A DNA stretch of 63,433 nt, filler included, from Collodictyon triciliatum (taxonomy: Eukaryota), in assembly GCA_043381765.1 (NCBI GenBank). It is 52 parts of 52 records of this genome, joined end to end, with 100 filler letters (N's around TTAATTAATTAA, not from the genome) between each part and the next. Parts side by side here need not be neighbours in the genome. Positions count along the whole stretch, not along the records: positions 50,141 to 51,258 come from JBHJMP010012232.1; positions 51,359 to 52,476 come from JBHJMP010012233.1; positions 52,577 to 53,694 come from JBHJMP010012234.1; positions 53,795 to 54,912 come from JBHJMP010012235.1; positions 55,013 to 56,130 come from JBHJMP010012236.1; positions 56,231 to 57,348 come from JBHJMP010012237.1; positions 57,449 to 58,565 come from JBHJMP010012238.1; positions 58,666 to 59,782 come from JBHJMP010012239.1; 44 more parts are not named here. One strand, 5' to 3'. Positions within the stretch are counted from its first letter, which is position 1. Each line of letters starts with the position of its first letter. Position numbers and translations under genes: made by a program. Shown here piece by piece: positions 50,141 through 61,908 of the stretch. A model generated the notes under the pieces. That model saw nothing but the letters and a program-made list of their open reading frames with translations. It was not told the origin of the DNA and ran no database searches.

Positions 50141-51094
50141 GAGTCCATTTTACAATTCCATTCATAGAGTTTCTCAAAAGATCAAATACATCCTCAGACC
50201 CATTCCTGATGACGTTCTCTGGTATGTTGCTGACGGGATTTCCTTGGATAAGTAACCCGCTTCGCAGGCTTTTTATATTAGCGATGAACGGGGGCACGAG
50301 TCGAATCTAAATCGTGGGTAAGCATGAAAGTCCCTCATTTTATTCCTTTCTCATTCAAATCGTACTTAATTATAATCGACCACGAAAAACAAATAGAAAA
50401 ATCAAAATAATCTAAAACTTTAAAAATTATTTAAAAAAAAACACACAAAAACAAAAGTAAAACAAAAAAATGAACACATAACGAGAAAACATAAAATGGT
50501 GTATGGAGAAGGAAAAATACTGACCTTGTTGTTGGATGTGTCAAGTTTTTGTAGATTCACAAGGTTTGCTACGGTATCAGGAATGTGGGAAATCTGAATT
50601 TACCAGAATCTTAGTTAAATAGGGCAAGTGCGTAGAATTTCGTTCTGTTTATATACTTGAGGACTTTTGCTTCGTATGGGTAAGTTTTGTTAGGATTAAA
50701 CTTGTTTGTTATTAAAAGTGTCAAATATAATGATATTTTTTTTATTGTTTTAAATAGGGAACGCGAAGAGAAAATATAAGTTGGCAAATAGGTCAATTTA
50801 CGACTATTTCGGAATAGTAATCATATATTTTCTGTATTTTATACTCCAAATACCCTATTATGACTAATATTGAGATATGTGAGATTTACTAAGTCCGATA
50901 TGTTTGTTGGTAGTAAAGATATCTATTGAAGAAAATTAATCACAATCAATTGCTAATAAACTTTCGAATGCTAGCAAAATGACTTTAATTTATTAAGTTA
51001 TAAGATTGATTAATTAATGAATTACATAATTGTTGGAAATATCAAGTGACGCAATTAATGTCAAGGCACATATAGCTGTGGAAAATAGGTCAAT
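50141..51094 (-). CDS. LRR region of a probable Roco (LRR-ROC-COR) protein (exons 51094-51026, 50922-50854, 50593-50525, 50306-50141)
   Basis: Three 69-nt exons each encode one 23-aa LRR; last exon GNPVSNIPENVIRNGSEDVFDLLRNSMNGIVKWT resembles the LRR-to-ROC hinge. Confidence 0.72.
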
Positions 51095-51160
51095 CTATAT
51101 TGTGTATGTCATTTTTCTTCATCGATTAATTGTTTAAAATGAAAGCATGTCAAGCAGTGC

Positions 51161-51258
<98 letters not shown>

Positions 51259-51636
51259 NNNNNNNNNNNNNNNNNNNNNNNNNNNNNNNNNNNNNNNNNN
51301 NNTTAATTAATTAANNNNNNNNNNNNNNNNNNNNNNNNNNNNNNNNNNNNNNNNNNNNAAAAAAAGAGAAAAAAAAGAGAAAAAAAAGAGAAAAAAAAGA
51401 GAAAAAAAAGAGAAAAAAAAGAGAAAAAAAAGAGAAAAAAAAGAGAAAAAAAGAGAGAAAAAAAGAAAAAGAAAAAGAAAAAAAGAGAGAAAAAAAGAAA
51501 AAGAAAAAGAAAAAGAAAAAGAAAAAGAAAAAGAAAAAGAAAAAGAAAAAGAAAAAGAAAAAGAAAAAGAAAAAGAAGAAAAAAGAGGAAGTATGAGGAA
51601 AGGGTGTGGCTTGTTCATACAAACGGATACACTTAC

Positions 51637-52331
51637 ACCACAGAGAGTACAAGCAAAGTGCTCAGGATGAATCTTTTTGCCTCCCAGAATAATATATTCC
51701 CCGTAGATCGGGTAGCCACAGCGACCGCATTTTGGTATTTCTATGCAACATTTCTTGCCATCAGTTATATTCAAATGACGCAACAAGAATAATTTCTACA
51801 TTCCAAAAATAAAAATAAATCATTTGAATGTGGAGTAAAACACAAACCTTCACCGCTGGCAATCTTTTCAAACTTGATTTTGCACTCACGACAAACAGCA
51901 TTTCCATCATGATTGAAGTAGCCCTTACCAGCAAGACCAGTCTACAATGAGAGTGTAGTGTAAGAAAGAATGCTACATTCATCGAAATTGATGTGAAGCA
52001 AACAGTCGTTCTTTTTTTTTTCTTCTTCTTCTTATCATTATGACGCTACCTGAGATGAAAATAAAAATAAAAAAGAAAGTGAAATAAAGCAGATAGAGGG
52101 AGAAAAGAGTAATACCTTGCATTCGGCACATGTAAAGTGTTCTGGGTGATACTTTCGCCCCAGTGCCGTGATGCACCGGTCAACGATAGGCTCGTTGCAC
52201 TGTGAACATCTGACAGCTTGGCTCTTAGCGTAGCATTTTTCGCAGTACGCTTTGTCTTCAACCGGCAAGTACGGCGTGCCCATGAACGGCGTTTGGCAAT
52301 CGGAGCATCCAAAGTGGTGAATGTGCCAGAG
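51637..52331 (-). CDS. Multi-LIM-domain protein, paxillin/leupaxin-like (exons 52331-52116, 51941-51848, 51740-51637)
   Basis: WHIHHFGCSDC...YCEKCY, CSQCNEPI...ALGRKYHPEHFTCAEC...VCREC and CGRCGYPI...IHPEHFACTLC. Confidence 0.9.
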
Positions 52332-52577
52332 CTTTGAGGTCACCATAAAGATTAAACCGGGGTAATAAAGAAGCGACGAGAAGAAAAGAAAAGAAAAGAA
52401 AAGAAAAGAAAAGAAAAGAAAAGAAAAGAAAAGAAAAGAAAAGAAAAGAAAAGAAAAGAAAAGAAAAGAAAAGAATNNNNNNNNNNNNNNNNNNNNNNNN
52501 NNNNNNNNNNNNNNNNNNNNTTAATTAATTAANNNNNNNNNNNNNNNNNNNNNNNNNNNNNNNNNNNNNNNNNNNNC

Positions 52578-52673
52578 TCCACCGTCATCATGCAGCTGCT
52601 CCGCGACAACCTCTCCCTCTGGACTGCCGATGGCGAACCCGCCCGCGACGGCGACGAGCAAGGCGACAAGTAG
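52578..52673 (+). CDS. 14-3-3 protein, C-terminus
   Basis: STVIMQLLRDNLSLWTADGEPARDGDEQGDK* matches the IMQLLRDNLTLWT signature; GC-rich third positions; absent from the ORF track. Confidence 0.95.
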   Translation, partial: STVIMQLLRDNLSLWTADGEPARDGDEQGDK

Positions 52674-53106
52674 ATCCAGCCTCTGCCCGCCTGCTGCCTG
52701 CAGGCCCGGAACCCGCCGCGAGCCGACCGCTCTTATCGCCGCACGACATAAACAACGCCCACGGCAAGACTCAAGCGCGCTGCTCCCCTTTTCTCTTTTT
52801 CGATTTACTTTGCTTTTGTTACCTACTGCCATCCCTCTTTTTCTTTTTTCTTTGGCAGGTAGATTCTCCGGCATTGAATGAATTGCCTCCCTTCTGCATC
52901 TGCGACATCTGTCCCCTGCCATCTTTTACTTTCTTTTGCTTGATTTATTATCCACCGAAAATATGTTGAAGGAAGAGAAAAAGAGAAAAAAGGGGCGCTG
53001 GGAGAAAGGGCGCTGCTGGTAGGTTGCAAGATTCCGGCGGCTTCTGGTGGGTCTGTTGTCCTTTGGCCTGCTCCTCTTCTTGCGTCCTCGTTTCAAGACC
53101 GTGGCG

Positions 53107-53270
53107 TTAGTCTACCTTCCCTGCAAAGACGGCGCTGTGTGTGCTGCCTTGCGGGTGCGATTGCCGCTGGAGGACCGTGGCAATCAGCGCCCAGAGAACA
53201 ATCCACCCGCTGATGGAGCCCACCACAAAAAGGATGAGCTGCTGCACGCGGTCGCCGATGTGTGAGATCG
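53107..53270 (-). CDS. Terminal exon of a membrane protein convergent with 14-3-3
   Basis: ISHIGDRVQQLILFVVGSISGWIVLWALIATVLQRQ...KVD* has a hydrophobic helix and a TGCAG acceptor upstream. Confidence 0.45.
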
Positions 53271-53564
53271 CTGCACTTGCGTCGAGTCCTAAGCGACCGT
53301 GGGGAGGGTGCATGGATGATGAGGGTGATGATAAGACATAAGAACAGGTAATTATAGATGATGAAAAGTATCAGTGTTTTGTGGGCCAACAGAAAAAAGA
53401 TATTGTAAACCAGGTTGGTCACATTCTCTCTGCTTCTTTTTTTTTTTTTAGGGTGATGTACTTTGCTTTCGGAAAGCCAAAAAACCAAAAAACCAAAAAA
53501 CCAAAAAACCAAAAAACCAAAAAACCAAAAAACCAAAAAACCAAAAAACCAAAAAACCAAAAAA

Positions 53565-53687
<123 letters not shown>

Positions 53688-53794
53688 AAAAAAANNNNNN
53701 NNNNNNNNNNNNNNNNNNNNNNNNNNNNNNNNNNNNNNTTAATTAATTAANNNNNNNNNNNNNNNNNNNNNNNNNNNNNNNNNNNNNNNNNNNN

Positions 53795-54190
53795 ACGCGA
53801 GGCCATTTGCTATGGACTATGTGGATAGCGCGCATATACTCACGCAAAGCAAGACTCAACAACCAGCCACCCATTCCTGATAACAGGCTGAATGACATCA
53901 TACAAATCTCTTTCCATAACGGTCTCCTCGCCACCTGCACGTTCTCTACTACTCCGACCCCGTGAGAAGAGACATGTGGAAAGAAGCTGAGAAGGATATT
54001 AAACCTCGCCTTGTATCTCTCATGCAAGCACAAGACCCAGACTACAGGCCAAACCGCAGGATGCCATTCCTGATTGCCGTTCATTTCCCCGCCACTCGGC
54101 CACCAAGTAGCGTCCATGCAAACGATGGCTAGCGAACCAAAGCCACATCCTCACCATCCTGCGCAAAATTGAAAAGAAGAATAAAAATAA
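53795..54190 (+). mobile_element. LINE 3' end: ORF2 C-terminus and A-rich tail
   Basis: TRGHLLWTMWIARIYSR resembles the L1/Tx1 C-terminal LWxIWxxR motif; ends ...CATCCTGCGCAAAATTGAAAAGAAGAATAAAAATAAA; multicopy. Confidence 0.75.
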
Positions 54191-54519
54191 ATATATGTAT
54201 CGATATCGCATAACATGCGCCCAATAGCAGACATCGAAACTTCCTTCATCTTAGGAAATAATAAATATTATTCTATAACTGATTTATTGCTTGTCTATAT
54301 AGTGAGATAAATATAATAATAGTAACTTATATTGTCAACAATATCAACTAAAAAATTTATCAAGGCAGGGCTATGTGCACAATAAAACATTTCGGTATAA
54401 ATTCCATAAACAGTCATGAATTCCACATTGAACGAAATTCAAGACCAATTTTTAAAAAGGGGAAAAAAACCTCCAAAGGGCTTGGTTGGGAATTTCATGG
54501 GTTTTTGCACAACTGCCAC

Positions 54520-54584
54520 GTCACGAATGTCGATGGCATGTCACGAGTGTCAGTGAAATGTCACGAGTGTCAATGAAATGTCAA
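54520..54584. repeat. About three 20-bp tandem units with ~10-bp TGTCA sub-periodicity
   Basis: GTCACGAATGTCGATGGCAT / GTCACGAGTGTCAGTGAAAT / GTCACGAGTGTCAATGAAAT / GTCAA. Confidence 0.8.
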
Positions 54585-54857
54585 AGAAAAACTGTCATAA
54601 ATGACCCAAAATTTAATAGGATTCCTACAATTATTATTATTATTATATATAATTTGAATTTGCGCGTGTGTAATTTTTAAACAGAATATAAATATTTGAT
54701 GAACTGAAATTTTATTTTACACTCAAAGCCTAAAGTTATCCTCATCCACAATATGATTTAATGGCTCTCGATGGTGCCCTATATAAAAAATAAAACCTTT
54801 CTACTGTTCAAATGATTTACCTATTCATTCTCATGAAAATATCTACCTATTAAAAAG

Positions 54858-54912
<55 letters not shown>

Positions 54913-55012
54913 NNNNNNNNNNNNNNNNNNNNNNNNNNNNNNNNNNNNNNNNNNNNTTAATTAATTAANNNNNNNNNNNNNNNNNNNNNNNNNNNNNNNN
55001 NNNNNNNNNNNN

Positions 55013-55170
55013 ACAGCTTCCTGAACAGCCTGCTGAAACACGCTCGCATTCTTCGCTACTCTGACCGCAAGCGAAGAGAGATGTGGGAATGTGTCGTGCG
55101 ATATCTCCCACAGCATATCCAATCCTCTGCTACCCACGCAACCTATCAACCAGTTGGGGACGCCCACCTG
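55013..55170 (+). mobile_element. Diverged relative of the LINE 3' region
   Basis: CTACTCTGACCGCAAGCGAAGAGAGATGTGG aligns with CTACTCCGACCCCGTGAGAAGAGACATGTGG at ~53949. Confidence 0.5.
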
Positions 55171-55514
55171 ACCAGCTCGCTATCACTGATTTCTTTCCAG
55201 AAGTGACTTCTTCAGAGTAGGGTCATCTCTTAGTCGCGTTTGCTCTACCATGCGCTTTTATTTCCCCCCTTGTATGGCATAACCTCGCTACACTTTGAAT
55301 CGAATAAAGGAAAAAATATTTTCCAGATATTTACAAAATAGTCTCCGAACTATGCCGGAAAAAAAGCCATTTAAAAGTCGCCACGTTTCTTGATCAAACG
55401 CAACAGATCAGACACCATAGTTCAAACATATTCACCCACAATTGTCCCTGGCTCTCTGCTCATACTTTCATCTCACTTGTTTTCTGGCAGAGAAAGGAAA
55501 AGAATAAATAAGAG

Positions 55515-55882
55515 ATGGAGAGCGAATGCCGATGCCCAACCTGCCATGAAACCTTTCAGGACACTGCACAACTCCCGTGTGGGCACGTTTTCTGTCGCGA
55601 GTGTGTTTCAGATACTGAGAAACTCGCACAAAAAACAACTGCAAAACTCGGGTGTCCCGTTTGTAAAGCCGAGTTCGCTGCCTCTTCGGAGGAAAATCCA
55701 CACCCAAACTCTGTGTATCACGACCAACTCGTTTCGCAAAGAGATCCGAAGAGAAGGAAAGAATGTGCGGACTGTATGAACGAACCATCTCTGGTTTGCA
55801 AGGAGAACTGCGGGTTGCTTTGTGAGGAATGTCACGAAAAGCATCACTCCAGAAGGAAGCGGACCGCAGGACACGTGGTCAT
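55515..55882 (+). CDS. RING (C3HC4) plus B-box protein, TRIM-like E3 ligase, first exon
   Basis: CPTC...LPCGHVFCREC...CPVC then CADC...VCKENCGLLCEECHEKHH...GHVV; GTATTT donor at 55883. Confidence 0.88.
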
Positions 55883-56230
55883 GTATTTTTCCTTTTTTTT
55901 CTTCTTCTTATTATTATTATTTATTATTATTATTTATTATTATTATTTATTATTATTATTTATTATTATTATTTATTATTATTATTTATTATTATTATTT
56001 ATTATTATTTATTATTATTATTTATTATTATTATTTATTATTATTATTTATTATTATTATTTATTATTATTATTTATTATTATTATTTATTATTATTATT
56101 TATTATTATTATTATTTATTATTATTATTTNNNNNNNNNNNNNNNNNNNNNNNNNNNNNNNNNNNNNNNNNNNNTTAATTAATTAANNNNNNNNNNNNNN
56201 NNNNNNNNNNNNNNNNNNNNNNNNNNNNNN

Positions 56231-56291
<61 letters not shown>

Positions 56292-57448
56292 GTTGTTGTT
56301 GTTGTTGGTGTGGTTATTATTGTTATTTGTATTTGTATTTGTATTTATTATTGTTATTTGTATTTGTATTTGTATTTGTATTTTAAAATTAAATGCTGAT
56401 TCATATAATACGTCAAGCCGACCTCCATTATTTTCATCACTGGCACTTAATAACTCCTATTAACTAATCCTATAGCTATTGAAATGTCTTCCTGAGTATT
56501 GAATTGAATAATTTTTATTCATGCACTATTCCCCCAAGCACATATCTTTGTTTTTCATTTTACTATCATCTAAGGTTTATAATTTATTGAAAGAATCGTT
56601 TTTGTTTAGGTTATTACGAGAGAACAAACCCCTGTTGGTGTCATGTAGATCATCTCCTAAGCATGTTTTTTTACTCCGATCTTTTGCTTCAGACCATTTG
56701 CGAAAAGGTCTGAAGAATGCAACCATAATGGCTGAGTAGTCCACAGCATACGATTTTGATCGCTCGGGCAGCCCATGTGCTTTTCTTTCTACAAAATAAG
56801 ACAGTATTAATGAGGAGATAGAAATGGGAAAACTATTAGATATTTTGGGGATACTACGTGGTGAGTCAGTAGGAGCAGTCCGCCTGGTTCCCATCAGTTT
56901 TTTTTTTTTTGTGAACGTAAGGGATACTCGCTAAAGAAAAGAAAATACTCTTGGAACTTAGTGGTTAAAAAAAAGTGACATAAAAGCGCAGTTTGCATCA
57001 GTCGCATGAACGCGTAGTTTTTTTTCAATTCTTTGCCTCATTTTGTGATCAATACCACACTGCTGGTTTCATAAGCACATGTTTTATTCGAACTTTTGAT
57101 CGAGTAATGGAAAAAAAAAACATTTTGATCGAAAATCTGTGGCAGCAAATCGCGCTTAAGAAATTGGGTGGCTCGAAGTGACAAAGAACGACATTTCTAT
57201 ATTTGGTATCTATACGCAATTTCCTGCTTTTCGATTTCAATCTATTCTATTCTATTCTATTCTATTCTATTCTATTCTATTCTATTCTATTCTATTCTAT
57301 TCTATTCTATTCTATTCTATTCTATTCTATTCTATTCTATTCTATTCTNNNNNNNNNNNNNNNNNNNNNNNNNNNNNNNNNNNNNNNNNNNNTTAATTAA
57401 TTAANNNNNNNNNNNNNNNNNNNNNNNNNNNNNNNNNNNNNNNNNNNN

Positions 57449-57543
<95 letters not shown>

Positions 57544-58414
57544 TTATTAAAATAAAAAGCGAGCTATATGCGTGGAAGGCGTGTTCCTCTTTGACTTACG
57601 AAGTAGATCAGGCTCCAAAGGGCTGTTTATCTATTAAAAGAAAAGCTTTCTGAGCGAGGTAACTATTTGTGATCGAAATGATCGCAAAGAATATGACCTG
57701 CTTGCCACTCGTTGGGAGAGGCAGAAGGTAATCAATCGAAAATGAAAAAAAAAAAGAAAGAATATCAACAGGCATAGTAAAAAGTGTCCAAGCTTTTAAG
57801 CATGTAGTCGGAAAAAGAGAAAACTCACGTCCATTTCTCGATCCTGCGAAGCGGTCAGTCAGAGCGCTAGTAGAGTGGGAAAACGACAATGAAAAAAAGA
57901 GGAAAAAACTGTGCGAGTCAGAGAAGGAGAGCAGAACAAAGACTTGAAAGACTTGAAAGACAAAGGATTCTTGCGGCCAGACAAGCCAGAGCACTGCGTA
58001 TGTGTGAACTTGACAATTCGGTAAACCAAATAGTGTCTCCAGAGTGTTTCACAGGGCGTAAAATTAAAGCAATGTGAAAAATAAAATATTATAAAAGGGC
58101 GCAAGAAAAAGGTGGAGCGTTCGAGACGGATGACCTTGGATGCTGCCAGCAAAGATGCCAACTAAATCCTATGCGGGTTATCAATAAGCCGAGCTTCTTT
58201 CTTCCCATGGCGCCGCAAATGCCGATGATTCAGAATGCGTCTTGATGGAGAAATATACGGAGGTGGTGCCCAACTTTTCATATGTTCTTCGGATGTTGCC
58301 GCATGGATATCGCAACTGGAGACAAAGCGAATCCACGTTGGTATGGTATTGGATGAGGTTTTGGATTCCTGCGCTTTGCGCCTTCAAGTATATCGTCTCG
58401 AGCACAAAAATGAA

Positions 58415-58565
58415 TTTTTCTTTTTCCTTTCAATTTTGCGCAGGATGGTGAAGATGCTGGCTTTGGTTCGCTAGCCATCGTTTGCATGGACGCTACTTGG
58501 TGGCCGGGTGGCGGAGAAGTAGTCGGTAATCAGGAATTGCATCCTGCGCTTTGGCCTGTAGCCTG
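58415..58565 (-). mobile_element. LINE 3' end copy with A-rich tail
   Basis: Reverse complement is highly similar to 54038-54185. Confidence 0.8.
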
Positions 58566-58665
58566 NNNNNNNNNNNNNNNNNNNNNNNNNNNNNNNNNNN
58601 NNNNNNNNNTTAATTAATTAANNNNNNNNNNNNNNNNNNNNNNNNNNNNNNNNNNNNNNNNNNNN

Positions 58666-58784
58666 GCCCGATTCAAATCCGAGTAGGCTTTGTCTAATCG
58701 TTGCAGTTTGTTTAGTGCGTTGTCCGTGTGCCGGGTAAGAAAGCGACCAACACCTCTGCTTGCTTTTCTAACATCAACAATCAT
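58666..58784 (-). CDS. Small virus-like hypothetical protein (3' partial), homologous to 30614-30895; absent from the ORF track
   Basis: Hand translation MIVDVRKASRGVGRFLTRHTDNALNKLQRLDKAYSDLNR. Confidence 0.8.
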
Positions 58785-58817
58785 ACATTAGCCAAGAAAT
58801 TTTATATAGGTTATATT

Positions 58818-59782
58818 ATGAGCTTAAAATATAGAACTACTGCTGAGTTAAATAAACAGAAACTAGGTTTAGGTTTTTACAGAGATTTTTTTACTAAACC
58901 TGACACTAAAATGCTATTTACTGTAGATACATCTAGTTTAATGGGGTTAAAATTTAATTATATATTGTTCTTTCTTTCAAAAAATATTATTGCAAAAAAT
59001 GATTTTCATACTTTATATTATGAAGCTAGACGAAATGCAGAGCAAAATCAATATGATAAGGAAGACTTTATAGAATTAGAGAACTTGTATGAAAAGGCCG
59101 TGAAAGCCAAATTGCCAAAGGAAGCTGATACTTTAGACCAAGAACAAATTGTGGGAAGGACTGATTTATTAGAACCATATCACATAACAGTAGACCCGGA
59201 CCCGGAACCAGTATTTCAATCAAGTCGTAAAATATATAATAAAGAAAATCTGGAACTTTTTGAGAAATTTATAGAAAATGCAGAAGAGGATAATCCACAA
59301 ATTCCAAAATGGAAATATATATTGGCCTTTAAAACAGACCCTCCAGAAGATATGACTCCTGAACAAATGATACAGGCTATAAAAGATGAGGTGTATGAAG
59401 CTGAAGATCCAGATAGACGTAAAAATTATAATCAAAAAGAAGTTATTGGTATACAAAGAAATATAGATAAATTATTAAAAGATAATCCTGATGATTCTAG
59501 TCTTAAATTGGCAGTGCTAAATTATAAAGTGGTATTTGCTATGGAACCTCCAGATGGCATGACTAAAACAGAAATGATTAATGATACAGAAGAAAGATGG
59601 CGACGAATCGAAAAAGAACGTAAGGAAGAAGCGGAACAAATAGAAAAAGAATTGGAACAATTGCCAAAACAGAAGGAAGTAGAAGATAAGGGACGATTGG
59701 ATTCAACAATGGATGAGCTAAATGCGTATTTTGCACAATTTGACAAGGCAATAGAAAGCCCCGAAGGAGAGGAAAGATTGCA
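58818..59782 (+). CDS. Intronless acidic/charged hypothetical protein, virus-like (3' partial)
   Basis: About 321 open codons from MSLKYRTT; AT-rich; internal repeat AFKTDPPEDMTPEQMI / VFAMEPPDGMTKTEMI; starts 33 bp from the divergent ORF. Confidence 0.8.
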
Positions 59783-59882
59783 NNNNNNNNNNNNNNNNNN
59801 NNNNNNNNNNNNNNNNNNNNNNNNNNTTAATTAATTAANNNNNNNNNNNNNNNNNNNNNNNNNNNNNNNNNNNNNNNNNNNN

Positions 59883-60999
59883 ATAAAATACATCAACACA
59901 TCCAGGGAGGCGCCAAAGAGACCGTCAACTGGCGCAATGGTGTCCCAGGTCGGAGGAAGCACAGTCTTTGTATAGTGGAAGGAGTTGTCAACCCACTGGT
60001 AGATGTGGATGGCTGCTGAGCTTGCGCCTCCGATGGTGCTTGCTGCACATGAGATGAAAGCATAGTCCCCTCTGGCAACAACTTTCTGTCCGCACTGGGC
60101 ATCCGCCGTTTCCTCAGGGTTTGATATCTGGCCTATCGGGATGAGTGTGCCTCCAATGTCGAACAAGATGGATACAATGCCACCATCACACGCCAACCCT
60201 GGGATGCAGAATGGCTGTCCAACAGCGACAACCGGCCCATCTGCAGAGATAGAGTACCCAAAACCAAACGAGTACGTGTTCTGCGGTGCAGGTGCGACAC
60301 TCGCTGTTGTTGAATTGTGTTATTTTATGTATTTTCTGTATATGCGATGAGAAGGATTGATAAATAGAAAAGGTTGAATGTGTTGCAATCGTACAAAATC
60401 CCATCGCTTATGACACACGGAGTCAGATTTGACACGGTAATAGGAAACATGAGAAGAAATGAAATAGAAGCAGGGTTGGGGTTTGACTTACGGGGTGGTG
60501 TCATCTCCTTTTCGCAGTATTTTCCGCCATACCTATTATTGCAAGCACATCTGTCGAAGGCCTCAAAGATACCGTGGTTGTTGCAGATTTCGAATCCTTT
60601 GGTATAAGAACAATCACGTCCCTGAATGGGTGTAATGTAAATACTTAAACCTGCATTATTCACGGAATAAAAGCCATTGAGCGTAAAAAGCAATCTCCAA
60701 TAATGACCGAGCTAATTTTTTCCTTACAAAGAAGCCCTCAGAGCATATGCATTTCCCAGCGCTGCAAATTCCGCTGTAGCTGCAATCAGGGTTACTCTTG
60801 CAAGGAATATTCAAGTAGGCTGAAATCGACGTGGCGTCCGAAGCCGTGTTGCTTCCACAGTCATCATTACCAAAGTGTGACTTGCATCTCTGGAGAACCA
60901 GACACTTCTCGTCCAAGTCTACAACGAGGCCGGTGGACTTTGTCTTGAAAATCCCTACAACGGTGTCGTCGCTCTTTCGAATGATTGGGGAGCCCGTCA
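59883..60999 (-). CDS. Extracellular protein with tenascin-like EGF repeats followed by FG-GAP-like repeats (spliced, partial)
   Basis: DCSYSGICSAGKCICSEGFF/GRDCS...ICNNHG...CACNNRYGGKYCEK then FGFGYSISADGPVVAVGQP, CGQKVVARGDYAFISC and LFGASLDV. Confidence 0.7.
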
Positions 61000-61099
61000 N
61001 NNNNNNNNNNNNNNNNNNNNNNNNNNNNNNNNNNNNNNNNNNNTTAATTAATTAANNNNNNNNNNNNNNNNNNNNNNNNNNNNNNNNNNNNNNNNNNNN

Positions 61100-61308
61100 T
61101 GAATATGGTTAACATAGGAGGCATCAAGGCAGTCTTCGTTACTTATCCGAAAGGATACTCCAAAGCGAAGGCAACACAAGAACCAGCGCCCACCAAAGAT
61201 GGTCTGTTAATCCTGGTCTAGCCTGTCACACCGAGAACCAAGGAGCAAGAGCAACCACCACAAGTCGAATCCAAGCTTGCAACCTCACACACCAAAGACA
61301 GTCCGAGC
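61100..61308 (+). mobile_element. Repeat family A fragment
   Basis: Near-identical to 7087-7258 and to the reverse complement of ~10160-10368. Confidence 0.88.
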
Positions 61309-61704
61309 ATCCCTCCTGGCATATAAGTGACTTCGCCTGCTAAATCCTGATGCGCCCAAGGACATTCGTTTGTTCGTGCGTTTGTAGATACCAGACATGC
61401 AAGACCGAAATAAATGACACATTCTAGACTTTCCAACTATCTGTGGCTGGTTGTCTGTCATTGTGATCCGGCCTGTCGTAAAGAAGCCCCCACCACGAGA
61501 AATCTGGTTCAATTCCGCTTGCAATACTCTGCTATGTTCCAGTCCGGCGCATAAGAACCGGCACGATGGATACAAACGAGCAGAGGGGCTGTGATATCAC
61601 TATCATGAGTGAAGCTGGTGACATCCACTAGCAAGTTCATCACTGCAATCTAATGCAAACTAAGCCTCTTCCAGTCTCTTTGGTTGTCAGCGAGAAAGCT
61701 CCTC

Positions 61705-61908
61705 ATGAATCGCAACCTACTCTTCTTGGGCGGTGGCCAAGCCTCGGCCAAAGTCCACCCAGTTGTCCTCCTGTCTGTGCTCGATCACCATATTCGCCGC
61801 TCACACGAAAAAACCCGAGTGGTTGGAACTCTCCTGGGCCACGTTGTGGACGGTGTCGTGCACATCCGCAACTGTTTCCCTGTGCCCTTTTCAAACAGCG
61901 AGGACGAG
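61705..61908 (+). CDS. EIF3F: Translation initiation factor eIF3 subunit F (MPN domain), first exon
   Basis: AKVHPVVLLSVLDHHIRRSHEKTRVVGTLLGHVVDGVVHIRNCFPVPFSNSEDE then a GT donor; GTLLG, RNCFPVP and EDE favour eIF3f over Rpn8 or CSN6. Confidence 0.82.

Noticed and set aside
58666-58690. tRNA T-loop-like GATTCAAATCC
   Set aside because: No cloverleaf can be built and the segment lies within the minus-strand virus-like ORF; I found no convincing tRNA or rRNA in the window
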